Part shown: piece by piece, positions 18,970-27,968 of the stretch
Layout of the letters: every line of letters begins with the position of its first letter
Position numbering within the stretch: position 1 is the first letter of the stretch
Notes under the pieces: model-generated
What the model saw: only the letters and a program-made list of their open reading frames with translations
The model's database searches: none
What the model was told of the DNA's origin: nothing
Program-made: the position numbers and the translations under genes
From: Candidatus Saccharimonadales bacterium
GTDB taxonomy: Bacteria; Patescibacteriota; Saccharimonadia; QS-5-54-17
NCBI GenBank assembly: GCA_040903985.1
Contig: JBBDUI010000002.1
Location: forward strand, 262,038-326,037
Length of the DNA stretch: 64,000 nucleotides
Reading direction: 5' to 3'

Positions 18970-19005
18970 CATTAAAAAACTCCGGATTTCCGGAGTTTTT
19001 TAATG
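18970..19005. terminator. bidirectional intrinsic terminator between rplT and rnpB
   Basis: CATTAAAAAACTCCGGA-tt-TCCGGAGTTTTTTAATG. Confidence 0.85.
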
Positions 19006-19237
19006 CAAGATCGCCTGTAAGCCGGATTCTGTTTGCTTAAACGCCCGTTGCCGAGCGTGAAGCAAGATGACTATCTCTCTAGTCCCGCGATTGCTCGTGG
19101 GATCAAGCGGGTAAAATATGTTTGCCACCGCCTGGGCTAAGCGTATGGTGACTCACTCCTTGCAGCGGACGGGGTTTACCTCCTGCCGATGTCACCACCG
19201 GTAGCTGTGGGCTCTTACCCCACTCCTTTCACCCTTA

Positions 19238-19367
19238 CCCCGCACCTGAAAATGATAGTGCTGGCGCACAAATGTAACCTCATACCAACCATATAACAGG
19301 GGTGATTATACCTTTACTGTTGCACGGAAGTTGATGATTGCAAGATCAATCATTTTCAGGTGCGGGG
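19238..19367. mobile_element. 130-bp ORF-less (MITE-like) palindromic element forming helix P12 of RNase P RNA
   Basis: perfect 19-bp inverted repeat CCCCGCACCTGAAAATGAT (19238-19256/19349-19367), shared with the GIY-YIG elements. Confidence 0.75.
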
Positions 19368-19453
19368 CGGTATCGTTTCTGTGGCACTTTCCCTAAGGTC
19401 TCCCTCGGTTGTCGTTAACAACCGTCCTGCCCATGCGCTGTCCGGACTTTCCT

Positions 19454-19752
19454 CCCCGCACCTGAAAATGCTAACCAAAGCCGAGCCTCTTCTTCAGCTC
19501 TACAAGTCCTCGACCATAACGTTTGAGCTTACGCTCTCGTTCTTGAGCCAAGGCTTTGGTTGTAAAAGCCTCATAGTAGACAAGCTCCCAGGGTACACCA
19601 CTCTTTGTGGACGTATTCATACCTTGGTTATGTTGATGAAATCGCCGTTTCAAATCTGCCGTAGATCCGATATAGAACGTACCTGTCTTTTTACTGCGCA
19701 AGAGGTAGACATAATACATAGCGATTTCATCATAGCATTTTCAGGTGCGGGG
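19454..19752 (-). mobile_element. 299-bp GIY-YIG element with 20-bp terminal inverted repeats, forming helix P3 of RNase P RNA
   Basis: CCCCGCACCTGAAAATGCTA (19454-19473) / TAGCATTTTCAGGTGCGGGG (19733-19752) enclose the GIY-YIG ORF. Confidence 0.8.
19471..19719 (-). CDS. small GIY-YIG nuclease (UPF0213/YhbQ-like) nested inside rnpB
   Basis: YYVYLL...FYIGST.DL.RR..QHN...WELVYYE...A.ERE..LK. Confidence 0.9.
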   Translation of the reverse strand: MYYVYLLRSKKTGTFYIGSTADLKRRFHQHNQGMNTSTKSGVPWELVYYEAFTTKALAQERERKLKRYGRGLVELKKRLGFG

Positions 19753-19780
19753 CAGCCATCCAGCGATCTTGCAAGGGAAA

Positions 19781-19809
19781 ATTATAGGCTAGAGCTAGCC
19801 GTTTTGCAA
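19781..19809 (-). promoter_or_regulatory. rnpB promoter
   Basis: TTGCAA-17 bp-TATAAT, 7 nt before the P1 5' strand. Confidence 0.75.
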
Positions 19810-20490
19810 CTTAGCTTCTTCGTCTAGAATGATGTTCACCTGCTCATCAGCTAAGGTGTTATGTTCGCGGTATACATGCCTGAAAGTCACATTCCCGATC
19901 TCCTCGGCCAACACCTTGATCGAATTATATACCGGCCATAATTCCTTATTTTTCACCTTGAATATGCCATTTAACTGGTTAGCTACTAGTAAACTATCCA
20001 TACAGAAGTCGATAGCAGTGGGCTTAAACTTCCGAGCAGCCTCCAGGGCGTGTTTGACTGCTTGGTATTCGGCCTGATTGTTAGTAGTTATACCGAGATA
20101 CTGGCCGCCCTGCTCTAGGAGCTTGTCCTCATTTTCAGTTAAGATGACGAAGCCGCTAGCCGACGGACCGGGGTTTCCGCGAGAACCACCATCGGAATAA
20201 ATTCTAAGTTTCGTAGTATTTTCTACACTGTTTTCAGTAGTAACTGAATTTTTATTTAAAGCGGGCTCAATATTTTGTCGGGACTGTAAAGCCGTTAGAG
20301 CATCACGCCAAACATCCTTACTCTCACGGCTTTTTGATATAAGCTCTTTCGATCCATCCGGATGCAGGCCATAGATGTGGTGGCCTTTTTTGATGATGGC
20401 TATCCCCTGCTGCAAGGCCGCTAGTGCGACCGTTTCCCGTTTGGTATGTGTTGGTTTTGCGGCTGACATCTGTCTCATTATATCAGACAC
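19795..20490 (-). CDS. rnhA: ribonuclease HI family protein with N-terminal extension
   Basis: IYSDGGSRGNPGP, TNNQAEY, MDSLLV, HVYREHNTLAD. Confidence 0.88.
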   Translation of the reverse strand: MSDIMRQMSAAKPTHTKRETVALAALQQGIAIIKKGHHIYGLHPDGSKELISKSRESKDVWRDALTALQSRQNIEPALNKNSVTTENSVENTTKLRIYSDGGSRGNPGPSASGFVILTENEDKLLEQGGQYLGITTNNQAEYQAVKHALEAARKFKPTAIDFCMDSLLVANQLNGIFKVKNKELWPVYNSIKVLAEEIGNVTFRHVYREHNTLADEQVNIILDEEAKLQNG

Positions 20491-20632
20491 ACAGTGGCTT
20501 TAGCCTAGATAGGCACCAGCTTCACGAATCATCGATGATTTTAAGCTGACACAAAGTTACTGTAACGAAGTAGATAAACCTCGTAGCTAAGTCGGACTAT
20601 ATGCAAACGTAGGGATCTAATCGACTGAGATA

Positions 20633-20706
20633 TGGTCGGGGCGCCGGGAATTGAACCCGGGTTACTGCACCCCCAGCGCAGCGTAATACCATTATACGAC
20701 GCCCCG
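20633..20706 (-). tRNA. tRNA-Pro(GGG)
   Basis: CGGGGCG...CGCCCCGACCA; anticodon arm CTGCG-CTGGGGG-TGCAG. Confidence 0.9.
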
Positions 20707-20786
20707 TTCACAGTAATTCATTATAGATCATTCCAAGAGGAAACCTAAGATTATAACTAGATTCTACTTAACCTAGTAGCAGTAAT

Positions 20787-20818
20787 TAAAAATACCGCTC
20801 CAAAGAGCGGTATTTTTA
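20787..20818 (-). terminator. intrinsic terminator after the 6S-like RNA
   Basis: TAAAAATACCGCTC-caaa-GAGCGGTATTTTTA. Confidence 0.8.
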
Positions 20819-20819
20819 G

Positions 20820-20980
20820 ATCCCCGTATCGTCACACGAAGACTGTTTCTCCTACTTAAAGCAGGTGGGTATCCGCAAGAATAAGTCTGCGAACGAATCG
20901 CGGGACTTACCTGATGTAAGATTCCCAGAAGAAACAAATATTCAGGAAAACAATGTCAACGTGCGGGCTGATACGGAGAC
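20820..20980 (-). ncRNA. ssrS: probable 6S RNA
   Basis: TGcTATAAT 6 nt upstream; ends pair (GTCTCCGTATC/GATACGGGGAT); TGTTTTCCTG/TAGGAGAAACA helix flanks a central bubble; terminator follows. Confidence 0.65.
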
Positions 20981-21006
20981 ATACTTATTATAGCACAAGC
21001 AGAAAA

Positions 21007-21642
21007 CTAATAGGTTAGCCTAACTCCGGTAATGACCTCTGTTAATATACCGATTGCCGAACCCATAAACGGCCCTATAAAGCGAAATCCAACCATAATG
21101 AATACCGCCACTCCCAGAAGCCCGGTACTCTCGATCGTGCGCATCAGCTGGCGAACCGGTTCCGGAGCTAAAACGTAAAGTGCTCGAGAGCCGTCCAGCG
21201 GTGGAAACGGGATTAGATTGAAAATGAAGAAGGCGAGGTTGACGATGACGAACAGCATCATTACATCAAATGCTACGCTGGGCGCTCCCATCAGGCGCAC
21301 GACCGCCCCGCCCAGCAACGCTAATACCAAGTTAGTCAATGGCCCAGCGAGCGATACCATCACCATCCCGGTCTCCCCGTTACGCAGCCGGCTAGGATTA
21401 AACGGCACCGGCTTAGCCGCTCCAAACGGGGGTAAGCCGGCTAAATGCAGGAATAATGGCATCGCTACCGTCAAGAAAGGATCGACGTGCTTTAACGGAT
21501 TAAGTGTCAGTCGGCCGCTCAGCCGAGCCGTATCATCCCCGAGCCGATCGGCTATGAAGCCGTGCATAAACTCGTGCGTGGTGATCGACACCGCTAAGAT
21601 AGCGATAATCGTAATAATCTCCCCTATAACTCCAATATCCAT
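21007..21642 (-). CDS. site-2 protease (peptidase M50)
   Basis: HEFMHG, AGPLTN, NLIPFPPLDG. Confidence 0.92.
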   Translation of the reverse strand: MDIGVIGEIITIIAILAVSITTHEFMHGFIADRLGDDTARLSGRLTLNPLKHVDPFLTVAMPLFLHLAGLPPFGAAKPVPFNPSRLRNGETGMVMVSLAGPLTNLVLALLGGAVVRLMGAPSVAFDVMMLFVIVNLAFFIFNLIPFPPLDGSRALYVLAPEPVRQLMRTIESTGLLGVAVFIMVGFRFIGPFMGSAIGILTEVITGVRLTY

Positions 21643-21778
21643 ATCCTCCAGTATAACCTAGCCGCCGGCTAGCCGAAAAGTGCGCTGCCTCCCGCTCGAC
21701 TAGACAGTCTAGATTTGACTCCCAACTCTAGTCGGGGTACTATATCATTTGATTGTTTTAGAATTCAGGAGAGTGGCC

Positions 21779-22003
21779 ATGGCCTACAAATGTGAAATCA
21801 CCGGCAAAGGTAAGCAGTTCGGTAACAACGTCAGCTTTTCCCAGCGCAAAACCAAGAAAGTTTGGAAACCTAACCTGCACAAGCAGACCTTCCTACTCGA
21901 TGGTAAGAAAGTCACGATGAAAATCAGTGCTCAGGGGCTACGCACACTGAAGAAACACGGCCGCTACCAACCGCTCGCCGCTCGCACTAGCCCAGACGCC
22001 TAA
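21779..22003 (+). CDS. rpmB: 50S ribosomal protein L28
   Basis: MAYKCEITGK..QFGNNVSFSQRKTKKVWKPNL; AGGAG SD. Confidence 0.95.
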   Translation: MAYKCEITGKGKQFGNNVSFSQRKTKKVWKPNLHKQTFLLDGKKVTMKISAQGLRTLKKHGRYQPLAARTSPDA

Positions 22004-22070
22004 GTTAAGAGTAAAAACTAAAGCTCATACCCCCGCCGCAGCGGGGGTATTAATATAGGGCCCGAGAATA

Positions 22071-22706
22071 TTACTTAGTGCGCGGCTGCAGAACGATGAA
22101 GGTGGTCTCTTCCGAAGCATCCCGCGCGGTGATCTTAAGGCTATCTTCCCTGGCGGCATCACTAGAACCTACCTCTTGCAAGAAAGCCTCGACCGTATCC
22201 TGTGGCACTGGATATACAGTGCGTGAATCCTCGTAGTGCACCGGCACTACATAGCTGGGGTCAAACTGACGGACCAAATCGGAGGCAGCTTCCTTATCTA
22301 AGGTTAGACCCTTACCACCGACCGGAACGACCAAGACATCGATCCCATCGATACGTTCTACCTGCTCTTCACTTAAATTCGGATGAATATTACCACAGAT
22401 TAAGACACGTAGATCTTTGTGCGAGATTGCATACATCACACCATCCTGCTTGTCTTCGGCCTCTTCAGTGTGCAACCGAGCTGCTACGGCATCAATCGTC
22501 ACTCCTTTAATCTCATACTCACCCGGTCGGTCGATCACGAAGTCAGGATTGGATTGGGTCGACTGTTTGGGTAGCTGGGAGAATAGCACCACGTCGGCCG
22601 CTACCTTCGGGTCAGGTCCGTACTCACTAGTGATCGGATCGATCAGTATCGTAATATTCTTGGTCGTAAGAGTTAGGCAGTTTGCGCCGTAGTACATCAG
22701 TTCCAT
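22071..22706 (-). CDS. metallo-beta-lactamase-fold protein (Lactamase_B_3-like)
   Basis: ILIDP, PGEYEIKGV, DVLVVPVGG, VVPVHY. Confidence 0.8.
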   Translation of the reverse strand: MELMYYGANCLTLTTKNITILIDPITSEYGPDPKVAADVVLFSQLPKQSTQSNPDFVIDRPGEYEIKGVTIDAVAARLHTEEAEDKQDGVMYAISHKDLRVLICGNIHPNLSEEQVERIDGIDVLVVPVGGKGLTLDKEAASDLVRQFDPSYVVPVHYEDSRTVYPVPQDTVEAFLQEVGSSDAAREDSLKITARDASEETTFIVLQPRTK

Positions 22707-22722
22707 GCGAATCTTCTCCTTT

Positions 22723-23349
22723 TTAGGTCGTTTTCTTAGATTTTTTAGTCGTCTTAGTCTTAGCCGGCTCCTCGGTCACATTCAGCTTATCGATCAATAC
22801 CGTCTGCTTGGCATCGAGCGCTGAAGTTAAAAAGCGATCGTTAAGGTTACGACGGTAGTCGTACTGCTCTCGGCTCAAGACAGTATAACGTAACTCCTGA
22901 CCCTCTTCACCTTCGAGCTCCTTGATCAGCTTCTCCAACTTATTGCGGTTCACATCGCCGACAATTAAAACATCTACCGGTGAGAGCTGATCTCGCGTAA
23001 ACACTCCGCTGAGAGCGGCATACTCGACACTACCTAGCGCCTTGAAACCGGCCGTCGCGTCGTTACTGGCGAGAGTCGAATCTTTCTGAGCGTTGACCTT
23101 AGTAAACATGGCGTGTAGCGCATCGTAGTGAGGGTGCTTTTGGTTTACCTCATAATACAGCCGGTTGCCGCTGGAGTCAGATTTAATGATGCCGATAGTC
23201 AGAAGATTAGCTAGTTCCCGCCGCACCGAATTAATCTGCTCGTCGATCTTACGGGTTATCTCTCGGACGTAAAAACTCCGATTCGGGTTGTTGTAGAACA
23301 AGTGCAGTAGCTTTACCCGCGTTTTCGATCCAAATAGTTGCTCGATCAA
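22723..23349 (-). CDS. winged-helix transcriptional regulator with nucleotidyltransferase-like C-terminal domain
   Basis: LFGSKTRVKLL...YVREITR..EQINSVRREL; C-terminal DVLIVGD. Confidence 0.75.
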   Translation of the reverse strand: MIEQLFGSKTRVKLLHLFYNNPNRSFYVREITRKIDEQINSVRRELANLLTIGIIKSDSSGNRLYYEVNQKHPHYDALHAMFTKVNAQKDSTLASNDATAGFKALGSVEYAALSGVFTRDQLSPVDVLIVGDVNRNKLEKLIKELEGEEGQELRYTVLSREQYDYRRNLNDRFLTSALDAKQTVLIDKLNVTEEPAKTKTTKKSKKTT

Positions 23350-23452
23350 GACGACTCTCCATATTCATATATTCGATATCTCACTCATTGTAGCAAAAAG
23401 TAGCTCACCGTGACACTGTCTTGACGCCAAAATAGGAACTACTTCAGGGGTA

Positions 23453-24178
23453 CTACTGTGGTCGGCGTTTAGCGACGGCCGCCGCTCGCTCCGCTAGACT
23501 ATCATCGATCTTATCAGTAATAACTAACTTATCACCTCGGCGCTCCAATGCACGACGCAGCAGCTCGTCAGTAAAGTCAGGGTTCTTAGGCAGTAATGAT
23601 CCATGTAGATAGGTGCCGAACACATTATGTACCACTGCTCCCTCGAAGCCATCCTCACCGTTGTTCCCGTGTCCCTGCACTACCCGGCCTAGAGCGCTCT
23701 GCTCTGGAGCTAAGGTCGTCTTGCCACTATGGTTCTCAAACCCAACCACCTCACCCCACGGCGTCTGCACTACTACATTACCGATTAAGCGCTCACTAGA
23801 GCCGACCGTCTCAGCATCAAATAACCCGATGCCCGGTAGTTCGGCCCCTTCTATGGTAGTGAACATATGACCAAAGAGCTGATACAAGCCGCAGACTAGC
23901 AAAAATACCGTACCCTGTTCGGCCGCGACATGAATCGCCTCCCGGTGACGCTGCAAATCATCGGCCACCGCTACTTGGCCGCGATCCTGACCGCCACCTC
24001 CGAATACGATATCGGCTCGGGAGAAGTCATACTCTGCACCTAGACCGATCGGCTCATACACCACTTCATAGTCGCGCCACTCGAGCCGTTTAGTAAGAGC
24101 TACTATATTGCCCCAATCACCATAGATATTCATCTCCCTGGGGTAGAGATGGGCAAGCACTATCTTCTTCACTCCCAA
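23453..24178 (-). CDS. gatD: type 1 glutamine amidotransferase GatD
   Basis: MNIYGDWGN, GGGGQD, CGLYQL, GFENHSG, TYLHGSLLPKNP; adjacent to murT. Confidence 0.9.
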   Translation of the reverse strand: MGVKKIVLAHLYPREMNIYGDWGNIVALTKRLEWRDYEVVYEPIGLGAEYDFSRADIVFGGGGQDRGQVAVADDLQRHREAIHVAAEQGTVFLLVCGLYQLFGHMFTTIEGAELPGIGLFDAETVGSSERLIGNVVVQTPWGEVVGFENHSGKTTLAPEQSALGRVVQGHGNNGEDGFEGAVVHNVFGTYLHGSLLPKNPDFTDELLRRALERRGDKLVITDKIDDSLAERAAAVAKRRPQ

Positions 24179-25449
24179 GCTCCGATCTCGGTACGCCGAC
24201 CGATTAGTTTGCGCAACTCTAACATAGCCGTATAGGTGGGGACGATATAGCCACGCCCACCAGGGGGAACTTCCGCCAGCAGTTCATCCAGTGCCGCTCT
24301 TAAACTCGGCATCGCCCTACTAGGGATATCAGCGTACTGCAGCCGTAAAGCCATGTCATAACCCCGGCTACCACTAGTGATGATCGGCTGAGTATCGGCT
24401 TCCGCCCAGCTCTCGATCCGCACGTCCCACAGCCACGATACGTCCCGTCCATCGGCATAGTTATCGTTAATAGCTATCATAGTCGGTAGTGGCTCTACAC
24501 TTAAAAAGCTGGCTATAACTTGGTTAAAGCCGCTGGGATTCTTCACTAGTAGAATCTGCAATGTTTTATCCCCGATCGTAATCTCTTCCGTCCGACCGAA
24601 AGCCGGCTTTACCTCACCCAGCGCAGCTACGGCACGTGCGGTATCTATCTCTAGTAGCTCGGAAACCGCTAAAGCTAAGGCCGCGTTATAAATGTTAAAT
24701 ACCCCTGGTATCTGCAGACTAGCCGAATAGCTGCGCTGATTGATACGAAAGGATACTGCCTGCGCGGCGTCCTGATTAGCGTTGTCCTCGATAAATACTT
24801 CAGCCGCCGTGTAGTCAGGCTCCGTCGGTTCATCATCTAGATAGAGTGCTTCGTCGCTTGGCACCTGCTCCCGAACGTTACTGGCAGCGGCTGCCCCACT
24901 TACACTGTCTAGTTGAAACGAGTTCCGCAGGCGCGGATCGTCATAATTAATTACGGTGTGTTTAGCGTGAGCAGCCGCCTCAACCAGTAGATCGGCTACG
25001 CGCTCCAACTCGCCGTAACGGTCCAGCTGATCACGATGTAGGTTTAAGACCACCATTACTTCAGGCTGAAGAGCTGTCGATAGGTGCGCTGCAAAACCCT
25101 CATCGACCTCAAATAGTCCGACCTCGGCGCTCAGTTCACCCCGCCAGTCCAGCGCTGCTAGAGTGGCCGAGATGATCCCCCGCGACATATTGCTACCGGC
25201 CTGATTGTGGACAATTGTGTTGTATTTACAACGTAGTATTTCTTGCAACATTTTAGTGGTCGTAGTCTTGCCGTTAGTACCCGTTACAAGTATCACCGTT
25301 TGAAAGTGAGGCCGCAGAGAATGAATAAATTTTGGGTAGAGACGCTCGACTACCAGGCCAGGTAAGGCCGAGCCGCCCCGGCGCAGCCGACTTAAAACTA
25401 AGACCGTCTTCCCTATCCAAATGACTAATAATCGCAACATGCTTATCAT
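24169..25449 (-). CDS. murT: lipid II isoglutaminyl synthase subunit MurT
   Basis: VTGTNGKTTT, RDQLDRYGE, LVKNPSG, DGRDVSWLWD, PTYTAML. Confidence 0.9.
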   Translation of the reverse strand: MISMLRLLVIWIGKTVLVLSRLRRGGSALPGLVVERLYPKFIHSLRPHFQTVILVTGTNGKTTTTKMLQEILRCKYNTIVHNQAGSNMSRGIISATLAALDWRGELSAEVGLFEVDEGFAAHLSTALQPEVMVVLNLHRDQLDRYGELERVADLLVEAAAHAKHTVINYDDPRLRNSFQLDSVSGAAAASNVREQVPSDEALYLDDEPTEPDYTAAEVFIEDNANQDAAQAVSFRINQRSYSASLQIPGVFNIYNAALALAVSELLEIDTARAVAALGEVKPAFGRTEEITIGDKTLQILLVKNPSGFNQVIASFLSVEPLPTMIAINDNYADGRDVSWLWDVRIESWAEADTQPIITSGSRGYDMALRLQYADIPSRAMPSLRAALDELLAEVPPGGRGYIVPTYTAMLELRKLIGRRTEIGAWE

Positions 25450-26327
25450 TATACCGTGTCGAGAAACTTTTCGACGAACCGATCTGCTTCATCCACCTCA
25501 CTCACCCAGATAATGTCGCGATTACGCTTGAACCAAGTCCGCTGTCTCTTAGCTAAATCAAGCGTCGCCTTGATGATGCGGCGACGGGTCTCTTGATTAC
25601 TCTGATTACTCTCGAAATAGGCCTGCCACTCCCGGTAACCGATACCTCTCATCGCCTCCACTTCCCAGCCGTACTTCTCCGCCAACTCCCGCACCTCATG
25701 CTTTAGTCCACGCCGAAGCATGACTTCTACCCGGCTCTCGATATTCTTCCGCAGCTGGGCGCGGGGTATATGCACTCCTACTACTAGAGTGTTTTTCCGC
25801 AGTGGAGTACGCTTTGGTGTCTGGCCACGCGTCTCGATTAGCCGAATCAAGCGGCGCTTATTGCGGATATCGACCGCGGTTAAGTCGTAACCCGCGACCT
25901 CGATCTGCTTGAGCAGCTCGGGAATCGATTTCGCCTGCAGGCTAGCCCGCTCCCCGGCCTTACCCGGTGGCATAAAGGAGTAATCAAACAACACGCAGTC
26001 GATATACAGACCAGTACCGCCGACTAAGATCGGTAGCTTGCCCCGCTCTACCACTTCACTTATGGCCGTCTGAGCTAACTCCTTATACACCGCCGCCGTA
26101 AAGTCCTGATCGGGAGCGACGATATCGATTAAATGATGGGGCACTTCGCTCTGTTCCACGCTAGAAGGCTTAGCCGTACCGATGTCCATCTCGCGGTAAA
26201 CCTGCCAAGAATCAGCGTTAATAATCTCGCCATTATGACGCCGGGCCAGCTCAAGCGCTATGGCCGACTTTCCACTGGCCGTCTCCCCTACAATGGCAAC
26301 TAGCTTCGGTGGCTTACTCACATTCAA
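25449..26327 (-). CDS. miaA: tRNA dimethylallyltransferase
   Basis: GETASGKS, DSWQVYREMDIGTAKP, VGGTGLY, AKRQRTWF. Confidence 0.95.
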   Translation of the reverse strand: MNVSKPPKLVAIVGETASGKSAIALELARRHNGEIINADSWQVYREMDIGTAKPSSVEQSEVPHHLIDIVAPDQDFTAAVYKELAQTAISEVVERGKLPILVGGTGLYIDCVLFDYSFMPPGKAGERASLQAKSIPELLKQIEVAGYDLTAVDIRNKRRLIRLIETRGQTPKRTPLRKNTLVVGVHIPRAQLRKNIESRVEVMLRRGLKHEVRELAEKYGWEVEAMRGIGYREWQAYFESNQSNQETRRRIIKATLDLAKRQRTWFKRNRDIIWVSEVDEADRFVEKFLDTV

Positions 26328-26661
26328 CCTCCGCAGTTTCGGTAGCTGCTAAGGGCCACCAGATCAGACCGTTCACATCTACCCTATCGTTCTCATCCAC
26401 CGCCACTCCTTCGGCCTCTAGGTGCTGGCGCTGCCCGGACCGACCGCCGAAACTATAGGTAGCCGCCAGTTGACCTGATTTATTTACCACCCGATGCCAA
26501 GGCAGCTCCTCCGGTCCAAAATGGGCTATCTGCCCCACTACCCGGGCTGCTCTAGGGTGAGAGCTAAGAGCCGCCAGCTGACCATAGGTCATCACGCGAC
26601 CGGCCGGAATCTGCGCTACTAACGCATAGACAGCTAGTTTGAAACTATCGTTCGTCATCAC
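26314..26661 (-). CDS. MGMT/alkyltransferase-like protein (ATL type)
   Basis: IPAGRVMTYGQLA, ARVVG, PWHRVV (Trp in place of the catalytic Cys). Confidence 0.88.
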   Translation of the reverse strand: MMTNDSFKLAVYALVAQIPAGRVMTYGQLAALSSHPRAARVVGQIAHFGPEELPWHRVVNKSGQLAATYSFGGRSGQRQHLEAEGVAVDENDRVDVNGLIWWPLAATETAEVECE

Positions 26662-27259
26662 TAAGCAGTATCTTTAACACGTCATCCCAGTTATCGGCCC
26701 GCACCGTATGCGGTGGCAACCTATCGGTCTGGTTCCAGTGGTAGTCACCAAAGAGTATGCCTCGCATACCGCACTCAACCACTTCTGTAATATGCTTCAA
26801 TGAATCATCAATTAGATACTCAGCGGCGATTGCCTCACAGACATTACGCTTGGAAACGTTTTTCACCGTACCCCACTCGTGATCAAAATTAGAGAAGTAG
26901 ACATCCTGGAAGGTATCAGGGAAATGCTGCTGCAGCCAGCGCTGTGTCATGTTGTGCGTTATACCGGGACGAGCCGTCACGACCGTTAAGTCGTAGCGGC
27001 GCTTCAACTGATCTAAGGCGGCGACCGCCTCCTCCACCGGTGCAATAGCCGCAAACTCATCCGACTCGAGAAAGTCATGGATTTGCTGCTGGATCTCACC
27101 CTTGGTCTTACCGAACGAGTCCATCAACTCATCGAGTGAATAAAATCCCTCCATGCTCACTTGCGCGCTAAACATCCGGTTAAGATGATCGATCAAGACC
27201 TCACCATGGGGCACCAGCACATCATCGACATCGACGGCGATCGTAGTACGTCGACTCAT
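26645..27259 (-). CDS. HAD-superfamily 5'(3')-deoxyribonucleotidase-like protein
   Basis: IAVDVDDVL, VVTAR, LIDD, HWN. Confidence 0.8.
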   Translation of the reverse strand: MSRRTTIAVDVDDVLVPHGEVLIDHLNRMFSAQVSMEGFYSLDELMDSFGKTKGEIQQQIHDFLESDEFAAIAPVEEAVAALDQLKRRYDLTVVTARPGITHNMTQRWLQQHFPDTFQDVYFSNFDHEWGTVKNVSKRNVCEAIAAEYLIDDSLKHITEVVECGMRGILFGDYHWNQTDRLPPHTVRADNWDDVLKILLSDDER

Positions 27260-27966
27260 TTATGCGCCTCTAACTGCCGCTTCCAGTCGGACAGGAAAAG
27301 CTCCCCAGGGCAGTCGGTCTGCGGATTCACTTCCCGATGTCCCACTAGCTGGCAGCTGGGATAGTTAGTTTGTAAAAGATCTGCCACAGACTGGAGGGCG
27401 GCTACAGACGGCCGAGCCTGACTGAGATCGGCATCGAAGCAGACCGCCACGCTACGGCAGTTAACCTGCCAGTTACCGGCATGCCAGCCGATCTCGTTAT
27501 CCTCCAGTAGGCGTTCGCAGCTTCCATCTTCTCGAATTAACCAATGATAAGCGTAGAAGACCGGCCGATCGGCCTTAAAGTGACCGGAATAGATAGGCCG
27601 GCCCTTTATCTGGGACTCTGCAGCGGGTGGATGAGCATAATGGGCCGCATAGAGCCGCAATAGATGAATGGCATTTAAGCGAGCCAGGCTCATCCCAGCT
27701 GCACTACTGGTATGATGGATTACTACTGTATCTAGCTCAGCTCGTTCCTGATCGAAGTCTTCGCCCTCCCGACCGATATACAGAGTGCCGTCGGCCAGCA
27801 GCTCTTCCGTCAGGGAGTAAATTTCCGACTTAATCTTTTCTTTCGTAGCGGCATCGGAGCGTTCGGCCGTCTGCAGTAGTGCTCGATAATCAGGCTCCAG
27901 CTGTAGATACCAGTCTTCCTGAGTGGCTAATTGCCGCCATTTAGTTTCGTCAATAAATCGAGTCAT
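27256..27966 (-). CDS. N-acetylmuramoyl-L-alanine amidase (Amidase_2/PGRP-like)
   Basis: VVIHHT, YHWLI, GWHAG, GHREV..TDCPG. Confidence 0.8.
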   Translation of the reverse strand: MTRFIDETKWRQLATQEDWYLQLEPDYRALLQTAERSDAATKEKIKSEIYSLTEELLADGTLYIGREGEDFDQERAELDTVVIHHTSSAAGMSLARLNAIHLLRLYAAHYAHPPAAESQIKGRPIYSGHFKADRPVFYAYHWLIREDGSCERLLEDNEIGWHAGNWQVNCRSVAVCFDADLSQARPSVAALQSVADLLQTNYPSCQLVGHREVNPQTDCPGELFLSDWKRQLEAHK

Positions 27967-27968
27967 AA

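Larger units (their letters stand above)
19004..19773 (-). ncRNA. rnpB: RNase P RNA (bacterial type A) enlarged to ~770 nt by two palindromic insertions
   Basis: P1 GCAAGATCGC/GCGATCTTGC; GAGGAAAGTCCGG; AGTGCCACAGAAA; GGTAAGGGTGAAAGG; GGTAAACCCC; ACAGAATCCGGCTTA; GNRA loops on P9, P14 and P18. Confidence 0.93.

Noticed and set aside
19280-19312. YQPYNRGD frame inside the P12 insert, reminiscent of the YHVYNRG motif of RAYT/Y1 transposases
   Set aside because: Four-residue match, lacks the His and has no start; probably chance
19454-19752. Group I or group II intron interpretation of the rnpB insert
   Set aside because: Only ~50 nt lie outside the ORF and most of it is the inverted repeat, leaving no room for a ribozyme core
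19360-19827. 155-aa plus-strand ORF
   Set aside because: Antisense shadow of rnpB and the GIY-YIG gene
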